From: Thermodesulfobacteriota bacterium | GTDB taxonomy: Bacteria; Desulfobacterota; Syntrophorhabdia; Syntrophorhabdales; JANXAF01 | DNA: 64,000 nucleotides | Direction: 5' to 3' | Assembly (NCBI GenBank): GCA_025062045.1 | Contig: JANXAF010000003.1 | Span: 41,444 to 105,443 of the forward strand | Part shown: positions 9,717 through 18,386 of the stretch, piece by piece | Layout: each line of letters opens with the position of its first letter | Position numbering within the stretch: position 1 is the stretch's first letter | The notes under the pieces: model-generated | Databases searched by the model: none | What the model was told of the DNA's origin: nothing | What the model saw: the letters and a program-made list of their open reading frames with translations, nothing else | Made by a program: the position numbers and the translations under genes

Positions 9717-10271
9717 TTACAAACTCAAACTGTTTAAAACCTCATCCCATTTTCCCTGTGCCCTAAGTATAAATTCCGCAACCTCCCTTACTACACCTTG
9801 GCCGCCCTTTGCCTCTGTAACCAGATCGGCTATCTCTTTTGCTTCCTTTGAAGCGTCTTGAGGAGCAACGGAGAATCCAGCCCTTCTCATCATTCCAAGG
9901 TCTATCATCTCGTCCCCTATATAACACATCTCTTCATCTCTGAAGCCGTATTTATTTTGCATCTCGGTTGTAAGAGCCATCTTCTGTGAACTTCCCCACA
10001 AAAATTCCTCTGGAACTCCGTAGATCTTTGAGACGGCCTGATCTGCACGGGATATCTTACTTGTGAGGAATGCGGTACGGATTCCCGCTTCATGAAGCAG
10101 CTTAAAACCGATTCTATCCCTTAGAGAGAATCGCTCAGATTTTATACCTTCGGGAGTGTAATATAGGGTGTTGTCGGTTAAGACTCCGTGAATGTCGATG
10201 ACCACGAAAGTGACTTTTTTTGCCTTCTCTATCGCTCCTTCTTTTACTTTTGCATTTTCTCTTAACTTCAT
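9717..10271 (-). CDS. HAD-superfamily KdsC-like phosphatase homolog (phenylphosphate carboxylase delta-like), paralog 2
   Basis: 184 aa. Collinear with KdsC: motif I is DIHGVLTD (KdsC has DVDGVLTD), plus FLTSK, GSSQK and GDEMID. Confidence 0.75.
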   Translation of the reverse strand: MKLRENAKVKEGAIEKAKKVTFVVIDIHGVLTDNTLYYTPEGIKSERFSLRDRIGFKLLHEAGIRTAFLTSKISRADQAVSKIYGVPEEFLWGSSQKMALTTEMQNKYGFRDEEMCYIGDEMIDLGMMRRAGFSVAPQDASKEAKEIADLVTEAKGGQGVVREVAEFILRAQGKWDEVLNSLSL

Positions 10272-10280
10272 AGCGACCCC

Positions 10281-10844
10281 CTATTTGTAACCCATCTTTG
10301 TCACTTTATCGACCCATTCATCCCATATCCCTTTTGCTCTTAAAATGAACTCGCATATTTCTCTCATAGCGCCCCTTCCGCCAGGAACAGATGTTACGTA
10401 GACTGCCAGCTCTTTTACCTCATCTGCCGCGTCACTAGTGGCCACAGGAAATCCAACTTTTTTCATAAAGGGTATGTCGAATAGCTCGTATCCCAAATAA
10501 CCTATCTCTTCGTCCAGAACACCGAATTCCTTCTTTAGTTCTTCCAACTTTGCCATTTTCTCCTTTGGGGTTACCTTGTAATAGTATTTTTCAAGTTTCA
10601 ACTCTTTTGCCCTGTGTAAGCCTTCGTTATCGATTGAAGTGCTATCGAGAAAGATAGGAATAATCCCATTTGCCGAAAGGGAAAGATCACCGAATCCGTC
10701 CATGTGCCAGAAATCGTATCTCCTTTGTCCTTCTTGGTCACAATAGACAGAATCGGTGGTTAGCACACCGTGGATATCGTGGACGAAGACTCTTACCCTT
10801 TTTGCCCTCTCTTCGGCTTCTTTTAGGTTTTTTTCGTGTCTCAT
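10281..10844 (-). CDS. HAD-superfamily KdsC-like homolog, paralog 1, with a degenerate metal-binding motif
   Basis: 187 aa. Motif I is HDIHGVLTTD. Motif IV reads GYELFD instead of GDxxxD. The C-terminal GGRGAMREICEFIL is KdsC-like. Confidence 0.7.
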   Translation of the reverse strand: MRHEKNLKEAEERAKRVRVFVHDIHGVLTTDSVYCDQEGQRRYDFWHMDGFGDLSLSANGIIPIFLDSTSIDNEGLHRAKELKLEKYYYKVTPKEKMAKLEELKKEFGVLDEEIGYLGYELFDIPFMKKVGFPVATSDAADEVKELAVYVTSVPGGRGAMREICEFILRAKGIWDEWVDKVTKMGYK

Positions 10845-10855
10845 GATGCCCCCCT

Positions 10856-12283
10856 TTAAATATCACTTAGACCGAGCTCATCCCAACGGGATTTTACATT
10901 CTTTAAAACCTCCTCATTAAGTCTCACTTCCACAGGCTTCTGGGTCCACTCGTAAGGAATCGTTGCATTTATAAGAATACGGGGAGTGATAAACTTGTTA
11001 TCTTCAGGCCCCAATGACGGATCAAGTGGAGTGGACCTCCCCCTCTGTATTATCTGTGTCCCCCGCAGCGGATTATAACGTACCCCCAATGCCCACCACA
11101 CCCTTGGAAGGTCATCGGCCTCAATATCATCATCAACTACTATCACACCCTTCACTCCATACATTCCTGTATTGGAAGCTATGACGGCATGGGCTACCTG
11201 CTCGGCATGACCTGGATACATCTGTCTTACAGAGACGATGACCCAGAATCTGCCCGCCGCCTCGGGAAGAGTGTAGACAGACTGGATCCCGGGTATCTTC
11301 ATGCTTTCAAGCTCAGTCCAAAGGGCGGCATTCCTGGCGAAGGCGTAAAGCATGTGTTGGTCACCAACCGGTCTACCGACTGTAGTTGCAACAAGTATGG
11401 GGTTTGTTCTAAAGTATATCCTCTTAATCTCTATTACAGGTTTGGGAAGGGGCTTGAAGAGTTCTTCAGTGTAATATCCCGTATACTCGCCAAATGGCCC
11501 TTCTTCCTTCATCACACTGGGATCTATCTCCCCTTCTATTGCTATCTCCGCATCTGCAGGAAATGGCAATCCTGTAAGTTCACCTTTAACTAGATTCAGC
11601 GGTTCTCCCCTCAGTGTGCTTACTGCGTCGTACGCGCTTTTGACACCGGGCAAAGTAGCGGCGCTTGCTATCATTAGCAACGGATCCCCCCCCATAACGA
11701 CACATACTGGCATCTTCTTTCTTGCCTTTGCGTATCTTTGAAGTATCCTGTCTGTCGTCTTTCCTTTAAGGATCTGGACGCCTAAGTGTCTTTCGTCATG
11801 GACACCCATCCTAAAGGTACCGAGATTTATTCTGCCAGTTTCTGGATCCTGACTAACCATATAGACGGCAGTTCCAAAATAGCGATGTCCATCCTTTTCG
11901 TAGTATTTGGGGACCGGAAAATCTAGAACACTGGCCTTATCCCCGTCTTTTACATTTTCAAATATCGGCCCCGTTGATACCTCTTTTGACTCAAGTTGTG
12001 CTTTTGGCTGGGTGAGCGTCTTCATCCATTCCCTCGTAAGCTCAACTAAAGAGGCAGTTCCAGGTTTTCCCATTATGTCCGAGAGTCTCCTTACTGTGGC
12101 ATACAATCCAGTTATTACCGGGCTCGAATAGCCCTTTACGTTTTCGAAAAGCAAGGATGGACCGTTTCTTTCTTCAACGAGTTTAGCCACGTGGGAGAGT
12201 TCGAGGTTCCAATCAACAGGAGCCTTTATCCTTCTTAATTGGCCTTCTTTTTCCCATTTCTGGATGAAGTATCTAAGGTCCAT
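10856..12283 (-). CDS. UbiD-family carboxylase subunit (phenylphosphate carboxylase alpha/beta-like), first gene of the operon
   Basis: 475 aa. Has NLGTFRMGVHDE and EGPFGEYTGYYT. A G-rich SD lies upstream. Confidence 0.8.
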   Translation of the reverse strand: MDLRYFIQKWEKEGQLRRIKAPVDWNLELSHVAKLVEERNGPSLLFENVKGYSSPVITGLYATVRRLSDIMGKPGTASLVELTREWMKTLTQPKAQLESKEVSTGPIFENVKDGDKASVLDFPVPKYYEKDGHRYFGTAVYMVSQDPETGRINLGTFRMGVHDERHLGVQILKGKTTDRILQRYAKARKKMPVCVVMGGDPLLMIASAATLPGVKSAYDAVSTLRGEPLNLVKGELTGLPFPADAEIAIEGEIDPSVMKEEGPFGEYTGYYTEELFKPLPKPVIEIKRIYFRTNPILVATTVGRPVGDQHMLYAFARNAALWTELESMKIPGIQSVYTLPEAAGRFWVIVSVRQMYPGHAEQVAHAVIASNTGMYGVKGVIVVDDDIEADDLPRVWWALGVRYNPLRGTQIIQRGRSTPLDPSLGPEDNKFITPRILINATIPYEWTQKPVEVRLNEEVLKNVKSRWDELGLSDI

Positions 12284-12309
12284 AGCTTAACCCCCCCTTT
12301 TTGTTATCA

Positions 12310-12347
12310 ATTATCAGTGGAATAACCGTGATTGTCAATTCAGTTAT
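12310..12347. promoter_or_regulatory. divergent promoter/operator region between the UbiD operon and the LysR gene
   Basis: On the minus strand: TTGACA (12338-12333), a 17-nt spacer, GATAAT (12315-12310), about 27 nt before the ATG at 12283. On the plus strand: TTGTCA (12332-12337) and TATATA near 12356. Dyads are TTAT-N7-ATAA (12311-12325, T-N11-A type) and ATAAC-N16-GTTAT (12322-12347). Confidence 0.4.
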
Positions 12348-12371
12348 CCTTATGATATATAACTAAAGGTT

Positions 12372-13277
12372 ATGCTCTCTTTCTCCCTCAACTCCCTTCT
12401 CGTCTTCTGCGCTGTCGCAAAATTTGGTAGCTTCTCTAAGGCAGCGGAAGCGCTTTTTATGACACAGCCGGGTGTTTCTAATCACGTAAAGCAGTTGGAA
12501 GCTCAGATAGGAAAAAAGCTCATAGTGAGAGGTAAAAACGGTATACATTTGACGGGTGAGGGAAAAACCGTTTTTAAGTATGCGGAAAGGATCGATAGCC
12601 TCGCAGAAGAACTGGAAAGGTACATAAGGAATGTAAAAAAAGAAGAGAGTGTGGTTTTAAGGATCGCCATAACTACTGTATATTCAAAAGTTTTGATACC
12701 CACGCTCCTAGGTAGCTTTATAAGGAACTACCCTAATGTCACCATAAAGTTGGATCTAGCCAATACCCAAGAGATGTTAGGAAAAGTTTTAAAAGGTGAA
12801 GTTGACTGTGCAATCTTGGCCAATGCTAAAAGATCCAAAAGGATAGAAGTGGTACCACTTGTGCGAGAGGAACTGGTTCTCATTACAGACAAGGCACATC
12901 CGCTCAGTGCGTATGAAACGGTCTCTTTAAAAGAGATCGCAAAATTTCCGCTCATTATGAGGGAGGAAGGATCTGCCACAAGAAAGGTCGTTCTTCAGGC
13001 CTTTGAATCTCTGCGGATCAAACCTTCCATAGTATTCGAGGTAAAAAGTACTGAGTTTATAAAGGAATGGGTGATGGAGGGAAGAGGGATTTCAATTCTC
13101 ATAAATAGAGCCATTTCTGAGGAAGAGAAGAAACACATGAACGTCATAAAGATTGAAGAGCCCCTGTACCTTGAGGTTTCAATAGTTTTTTTAAAATCGA
13201 ATAGGACAAACCACGCAATAGAAAGATTTGTAAACCATATAGAGGAGCTCAAATCGAAATCCCTTCTTTGTTCGTGA
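12372..13277 (+). CDS. LysR-type transcriptional regulator
   Basis: 301 aa. Has an N-terminal wHTH (FCAVAKFGSFSKAAEALFMTQPGVSNHVKQLE) and a C-terminal substrate-binding fold. Divergent from the UbiD operon. Confidence 0.9.
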   Translation: MLSFSLNSLLVFCAVAKFGSFSKAAEALFMTQPGVSNHVKQLEAQIGKKLIVRGKNGIHLTGEGKTVFKYAERIDSLAEELERYIRNVKKEESVVLRIAITTVYSKVLIPTLLGSFIRNYPNVTIKLDLANTQEMLGKVLKGEVDCAILANAKRSKRIEVVPLVREELVLITDKAHPLSAYETVSLKEIAKFPLIMREEGSATRKVVLQAFESLRIKPSIVFEVKSTEFIKEWVMEGRGISILINRAISEEEKKHMNVIKIEEPLYLEVSIVFLKSNRTNHAIERFVNHIEELKSKSLLCS

Positions 13278-13392
13278 AGGACGATAAGTTTTCATTATAA
13301 TCAATAAGATAATGTGATTTGACCTTTTTTCTCTTTTTTCACAAAGATAACAATAGCTACACTGTAGAGTAAGCCATAAGGGGGGGTAAATT

Positions 13393-13977
13393 ATGGGACA
13401 GAAAGATTGGGCTAATCCTGCGCCATGGGCTATCCAGTCCGTGGCTGTTCTTACGGCCTGTGCAGGTTTTGTTTTTGCTGGACTTGTGCCTGAATCTAGC
13501 GTACCACTTATAATTGGGATTCTACTTTCCTGCGTAATTCCACAGCTAATAGGAGGCATAATCCTATTCAGAAGAAATGAAATCCTTCTAGGTACCATCT
13601 GTGCTCTTTTCGGCACAGTGATAACGATGGGGGCTGCCTTTACCCTTTACGAGATCGTGTTTATGGCTCCGAAAGCGGGTGCTTTTACCCCGGAACTCTT
13701 GGGAGTGTTTTGGTTCGTGCTTTTTATAATAACTGAGGTTTTTGCCATCGGTTTCGGAAGGGCAAGCTGGTTTTTACTTCTTGGAATAGCTGAAGTGGGA
13801 GTGGCATTCCTCTTTTTGAGCATCAACGCATGGACGGGTTCCCAGATTGCTGGAATTATCGGAGGCTGGCTCCTTATTTTATTTTCTGCTTTTTGCATCT
13901 ATGCTTCTTCGGCTCTTCTTCTTGCCGAGCATTTTGAAAAACCTATCTTACCGATAGGAAGGCCTATATTCAAATAA
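13393..13977 (+). CDS. AceTr / GPR1-FUN34-YaaH (SatP-like) family carboxylate channel
   Basis: 194 aa with about 6 hydrophobic helices. Has the N-terminal family signature ANPAPW (E. coli SatP has ANPAPLG) and the C-terminal LPIG as in SatP. Strong GGGGGG SD. Confidence 0.7.
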   Translation: MGQKDWANPAPWAIQSVAVLTACAGFVFAGLVPESSVPLIIGILLSCVIPQLIGGIILFRRNEILLGTICALFGTVITMGAAFTLYEIVFMAPKAGAFTPELLGVFWFVLFIITEVFAIGFGRASWFLLLGIAEVGVAFLFLSINAWTGSQIAGIIGGWLLILFSAFCIYASSALLLAEHFEKPILPIGRPIFK

Positions 13978-13988
13978 AGGGGGGAACT

Positions 13989-15842
13989 ATGAGACATACC
14001 ACGAAATTTCCTGACCCACACGAATATTTAAAAGAGATACCAGAAGAACTCTCCGGCTGGGAGGAGATGTACCCGCCCCACTTCCTCTTCGGAAAAGAAA
14101 GAGAGGAGTGGGAAAAAAGACAATTCTGGTATTTGGACAAGATACATGCTCCGAACCCGATGCCACCACTCGATCACATATTCCAGCAAGCTTGGCAGAT
14201 CTCACTCTCCCAGCACACTACAAGAGTTTTCTGTATTCCTCCTGCCCAAGGCGTAGCCCACAGAATAGTTGGGTGCTACCAGTACATCTGTGCAGTTGAG
14301 CCGCCACCTGAGGAAATAGTTGCCGAAAAGGCGGTCTTTTTCAAAGAGAGGGCCCATTACCCTGTTGAGCACTATGATGAACTATGGGATGAGTGGCTGA
14401 AAAGGTTCAGAGCCCTGGGAGAAGAATTACGAAACATTAAGGTACCGGAGCTATTACCGAAGTATCTTTCCCGGGAAGAGGTTTATCCCAACGACTACAG
14501 AGGTTACACTCAGGCGTACGAACTTATAGAAGCCTTCGACAGAATGGTTGACCTTTTGTACAAGGGGTGGCAGTACCACTTCAATCTTTTAAACCTTTGT
14601 TACCTTTACTATCTTATGTTTTATGACCTCGCAAGGAAGCTATTTCCGGGAATAAGCGAAAGTGCGATAGGGAAAATGATAGCAGGAGTTGAGGCTTACA
14701 TGTTTAAACCAGAAGAAGAACTCTGCAGACTCGCAAGGAGAGCCCATGCCGAACCGAAAGTTGCGGAGATACTCAAAAAGGATAAGCCCGCAAAAGAGAA
14801 GATGGAGGAACTCAAGACATTTGAGGTTGGAAGAAGATGGCTCGACGAACTTGAGGACTCAAAGGATCCATGGTTCTATGTGAGCTGCGGAAGTGGGTGG
14901 TACCATTACGAGGGAAGCTGGATAAATAATCTTGATATACCTTTCGGATACTTAAAGAGTTATCTCGAAAGGTTGGATAGGGGAGAAAAGATTGAAAGGT
15001 CACTTAGCGAGATTGCGGAAGCGAGAGAAAAGATTGTGAGCGAGTATAAAAGGCTCATAAAGACTGATGAAGACAGAGAAAGCTTTGAGAGTGCCTACCG
15101 CGATTGTCTAACCTTGTACAGATTCGCCGAAGGCCACATATTCTGGGTTGAGAACTGGCTCCACACAATATGGTTCGAAAAGGCAAGAGAAGTCGGAAGG
15201 GTTCTCGTTAAAGCCGGTGCTCTCAAGCACGAAGATGACATATTCATGTTCAACAGGCTCGAAATCCCGACTCTCATAGAAGACGTATGCACCGCCTGGG
15301 CACTTGGAGAGGGGGTACCCACGCTTAAATGGGCTGAGAAGGCAGAGAAGAGAAGAAAGATACTGGAGGCTGCCGCAAAATGGACACCTTCTCCCGCTTT
15401 AGGAGTACCTCCGAAAGAAGTTGCGGAGCCCTTTACTGTTATGCTCTGGGGTATAACGACTGAAAAGGTCGAAGAGTGGTTAAAAGGTGTGTCAATAAAA
15501 CCGGAAGAGGTGGTGGAGATAAAAGGTTTCGCTTCCTCCAAAGGCCAGGTAGAAGGTCCGGCAAGGGTCGTAAAGACCATAGAGGAGATAGTCACGCTCC
15601 AGGAGGGAGAGATACTAGTTTGTCCGTCAACCAATCCATCTTGGGCTCCTGTCTTTACGAAGATAAAAGCGGCTGTTACGGACATTGGAGGGGTTACATG
15701 CCACGCGGCAATCGTGGCAAGAGAATACGGGCTTCCTTCAGTCACTGGGACTGGAATTGCAACCCAGGTGATAAAGACGGGAGACATAATAAGGGTGGAT
15801 GGAGATACAGGTGTTGTGACAATTATAAAAAGGGCCGCATAA
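13989..15842 (+). CDS. PEP-utilising-enzyme family protein with a C-terminal phospho-histidine swivel domain (phenylphosphate synthase alpha-like)
   Basis: 617 aa. The C-terminus VTDIGGVTCHAAIVAREYGLPSVTG is the mobile-domain His motif. The N-terminus PEELSGWEEMYPPHFLF is typical of PpsA-like proteins. Confidence 0.75.
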   Translation: MRHTTKFPDPHEYLKEIPEELSGWEEMYPPHFLFGKEREEWEKRQFWYLDKIHAPNPMPPLDHIFQQAWQISLSQHTTRVFCIPPAQGVAHRIVGCYQYICAVEPPPEEIVAEKAVFFKERAHYPVEHYDELWDEWLKRFRALGEELRNIKVPELLPKYLSREEVYPNDYRGYTQAYELIEAFDRMVDLLYKGWQYHFNLLNLCYLYYLMFYDLARKLFPGISESAIGKMIAGVEAYMFKPEEELCRLARRAHAEPKVAEILKKDKPAKEKMEELKTFEVGRRWLDELEDSKDPWFYVSCGSGWYHYEGSWINNLDIPFGYLKSYLERLDRGEKIERSLSEIAEAREKIVSEYKRLIKTDEDRESFESAYRDCLTLYRFAEGHIFWVENWLHTIWFEKAREVGRVLVKAGALKHEDDIFMFNRLEIPTLIEDVCTAWALGEGVPTLKWAEKAEKRRKILEAAAKWTPSPALGVPPKEVAEPFTVMLWGITTEKVEEWLKGVSIKPEEVVEIKGFASSKGQVEGPARVVKTIEEIVTLQEGEILVCPSTNPSWAPVFTKIKAAVTDIGGVTCHAAIVAREYGLPSVTGTGIATQVIKTGDIIRVDGDTGVVTIIKRAA

Positions 15843-15845
15843 ATT

Positions 15846-15866
15846 CGGGGGCCTTTTCGGCCCCTG
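15846..15866 (+). promoter_or_regulatory. GC-rich intercistronic stem-loop with no T-tract
   Basis: The sequence is cgggggcc-ttttc-ggcccctg: an 8-bp stem (one G-U) and a 5-nt loop between the two synthase-like genes. No U-run follows, so it is not a classic intrinsic terminator. Confidence 0.5.
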
Positions 15867-15888
15867 TCGTCGATTGGGGGGATCTATT

Positions 15889-16950
15889 ATGGGAAAATTC
15901 ACCAAAGGATTCCATGAGATAAGAAAGGACATGTTCCAAATTTGCGGTGGAAAGGCTTCGCATCTAGGGGAGCTAACAAGTATAGGACTTAATGTTCCGT
16001 ATGGTTTTTGCGTCACCGCGGACGCTTTTTTCCATCATCTTAGAAAAAACAACCTCGAAAAGAGAGTATTTGAGATCGCAAAAACGATAAACTACGACGA
16101 CATATCAGATCTTGATAGAAAAACGGAAGAGATCCGTTCGCTAATTGAAAACGCGGATATGCCAGATGAAATTGCGGATGAAATAGTGGAAGGGTACGAA
16201 AGTTTAGGAAAGGACGAACCTTATGTGGCTGTGCGTTCGTCGGTTGCCATAAAGGATAGTGACATATCCTCATTTCCGGGACTCATGGACACGTACCACT
16301 ACGTAAAAGGAACTCAAGCAATTATGGACTACGTAAAGAAATGTTGGGCTTCGGTTTTTACGTCCAGGGCAACGGCAGCGCGGTATAGAAAAGGGATAGA
16401 ACACGAAAGGGCAATAATCGCGCCTATTATCCAGAGGATGGTAAATGCAAAGTGCGCCGGTGTTATGTTTACATTGAACCCCGTAGATGGAGACGTATCC
16501 AAAATCGTGATAGAAGGTGCTTGGGGAATAGGGGAAGGGGTCGTATCCGGAAATGTGACACCCGACAGATTCGTGATAGACAAAATATTGCTCGAAATTA
16601 ACGAGCGGAAAGTCTCCTTAAAAACGGTGAAGTACGTTTACGACCCGGAACTAAAACGACCATCATACAAGGAAGTACCAGAGGAAGATAAAAGTAGATG
16701 CTGTTTAGAGGAAAAGGAGATAATGGAACTTGTAAGACTCGCAAAACTTATAGAAAACCACTACAAGACTCCCATGGATATAGAGTGGGCTGTGGATAAA
16801 GACTTTGAATTTCCGAAGAACGTTTTTATACTCCAGGCCCGGGCCGAGTCTGTCTGGAGTAAGAAAAAAGCAGAGCCTGTAATAGGTAAAAAGAGTAGTT
16901 ATGAACTCTTGATGGAAAGGGCCATGAAAACTATAAAGGTTGGACAATAA
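15889..16950 (+). CDS. PPDK_N / ATP-grasp nucleotide-binding protein (phenylphosphate synthase beta-like)
   Basis: Has GGKASHLGEL...GLNVPYGFCVT and AVRSSVAIKDSDISSFPGLMDTY (PEP synthase N-domain pattern). I prefer the ATG at 15889 (GGGGGGA SD 6 nt upstream) over the track's TTG at 15874. Confidence 0.75.
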   Translation: MGKFTKGFHEIRKDMFQICGGKASHLGELTSIGLNVPYGFCVTADAFFHHLRKNNLEKRVFEIAKTINYDDISDLDRKTEEIRSLIENADMPDEIADEIVEGYESLGKDEPYVAVRSSVAIKDSDISSFPGLMDTYHYVKGTQAIMDYVKKCWASVFTSRATAARYRKGIEHERAIIAPIIQRMVNAKCAGVMFTLNPVDGDVSKIVIEGAWGIGEGVVSGNVTPDRFVIDKILLEINERKVSLKTVKYVYDPELKRPSYKEVPEEDKSRCCLEEKEIMELVRLAKLIENHYKTPMDIEWAVDKDFEFPKNVFILQARAESVWSKKKAEPVIGKKSSYELLMERAMKTIKVGQ

Positions 16951-17039
16951 CGAAGATAAGTCAAGACTTTAACCTAGAATTTTCTTGACATTCGCGATCT
17001 TTTTCGGTCTAGTTCAATAACGAATGTAAAACGGAGGGT

Positions 17040-18374
17040 ATGGTCATGGCAGAAAGAGATAGTATCTATTGGAATCCGATTCTAGAGACTATGCCTAAAG
17101 AGAAACTAAGGGAATTGCAAATAAAGAAGTTCAAAAGGATCTTTGAGTGGGCTTACAACAATTCTCCTTTTTACAGAAGGCTCTACAAAGAGGCAGGCAT
17201 TGAACCAGAAGACATAAAGTCATACGAAGACATAAAAAAAGTCCCAAAGATAGACAAAGGGATGTTGAGGGATGTTCAAACGAGAGAGCCATTCCCATAT
17301 GGAGATATACTTGCCGTTCCTTTAAGAGAAGTTGTTGTTTTCAGGCAGACGAGCGGAACGACAGGAACCCCTGTTTACCAAGCCGACACTTGGCAGGACT
17401 GGGAATGGTGGTCGGAATGCTGGGCATACATACTTTACGCACAGGGCTACAGAGAAGAAGATCGAGTCTTTCTTCCCTTTGGTTACAACGTGTTCGTTGC
17501 TTTCTGGGCGGCCCATTATGCTGCAGAAAAGATAGGATGTGAAGTTGTCCCGGGTGGGGTACTCGACACGGAAGCAAGGATCTTAAAAATGCAGGAGCTT
17601 AAATGTACGGCCTTTGCCGCAACCCCCACATACGTACTGGGTATGGCAGATACAGCGAGGAAAATGGGTATAGATCCAAGATCTTTGGGAATAAAGAGAA
17701 TTACATGTGCGGGTGAGCCGGGTGCGAGCATTCCGGCAACTAAAAAGAGAATTGAAGAGGCTTGGGGAGCAAAAGTTTATGATCATGCGGGTGCAACAGA
17801 GATCGGTGCGTGGGGATACATGTGCACTGAGCAGACGGGATTACACGTAAATGAAGCCTTCTTCCTTGTGGAGATTGAGGATGTGGAGACGGGTGAGATA
17901 GTAGAGGAGCCGATGAAGAACGGAAAGATGATCGTGACGGCTTTCGACAGATACGCAAAGCCCTGTATCCGTTTTGATTCGAAGGATATCATAAGGTGGG
18001 CAAACTACGATTGTCCCTGTGGCAGAACTTTTAGACTAATAGATGGCGGAGTAATAGGAAGGGCAGACGACATAACAAAGGTAAAAGGTGTACTACTTGC
18101 CCCAACTGCCATCGAAGAGGTAGTCCGGAGTTTTAAGGAGCTGAGTAACGAGTATGAGGTTATAGTCTCTAAAAAGGGCGACATAGATGACATACTCTTA
18201 AAAATTGAAATATTGCCCGAATACGAAAGTAAAAGAGAGGATATTCTTTCAAGACTTAAAGACCAGCTAAGGCTAAAGACGAATCTCGGTTACAGAATTG
18301 AAGTACACCCATTCGGTTCCCTTCCTAGGTACGATGTAAAGGCAAAGAGATTCAAAGACTTAAGGAAGCAGTAA
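17040..18374 (+). CDS. PaaK / coenzyme-F390-synthetase family aryl-acid CoA ligase
   Basis: 444 aa. Has RQTSGTTGTP and ITCAGEPG, and the PaaK-type short architecture. The true start may be the ATG at 17046. Confidence 0.75.
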   Translation: MVMAERDSIYWNPILETMPKEKLRELQIKKFKRIFEWAYNNSPFYRRLYKEAGIEPEDIKSYEDIKKVPKIDKGMLRDVQTREPFPYGDILAVPLREVVVFRQTSGTTGTPVYQADTWQDWEWWSECWAYILYAQGYREEDRVFLPFGYNVFVAFWAAHYAAEKIGCEVVPGGVLDTEARILKMQELKCTAFAATPTYVLGMADTARKMGIDPRSLGIKRITCAGEPGASIPATKKRIEEAWGAKVYDHAGATEIGAWGYMCTEQTGLHVNEAFFLVEIEDVETGEIVEEPMKNGKMIVTAFDRYAKPCIRFDSKDIIRWANYDCPCGRTFRLIDGGVIGRADDITKVKGVLLAPTAIEEVVRSFKELSNEYEVIVSKKGDIDDILLKIEILPEYESKREDILSRLKDQLRLKTNLGYRIEVHPFGSLPRYDVKAKRFKDLRKQ

Positions 18375-18386
18375 GGGAGGACTGTT

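Noticed and set aside
13191-13616. A 141-aa minus-strand ORF bridging the end of lysR and the start of the AceTr channel gene.
   Set aside because: It overlaps two well-supported plus-strand genes and their intergenic promoter. It has no RBS and no recognisable motifs.
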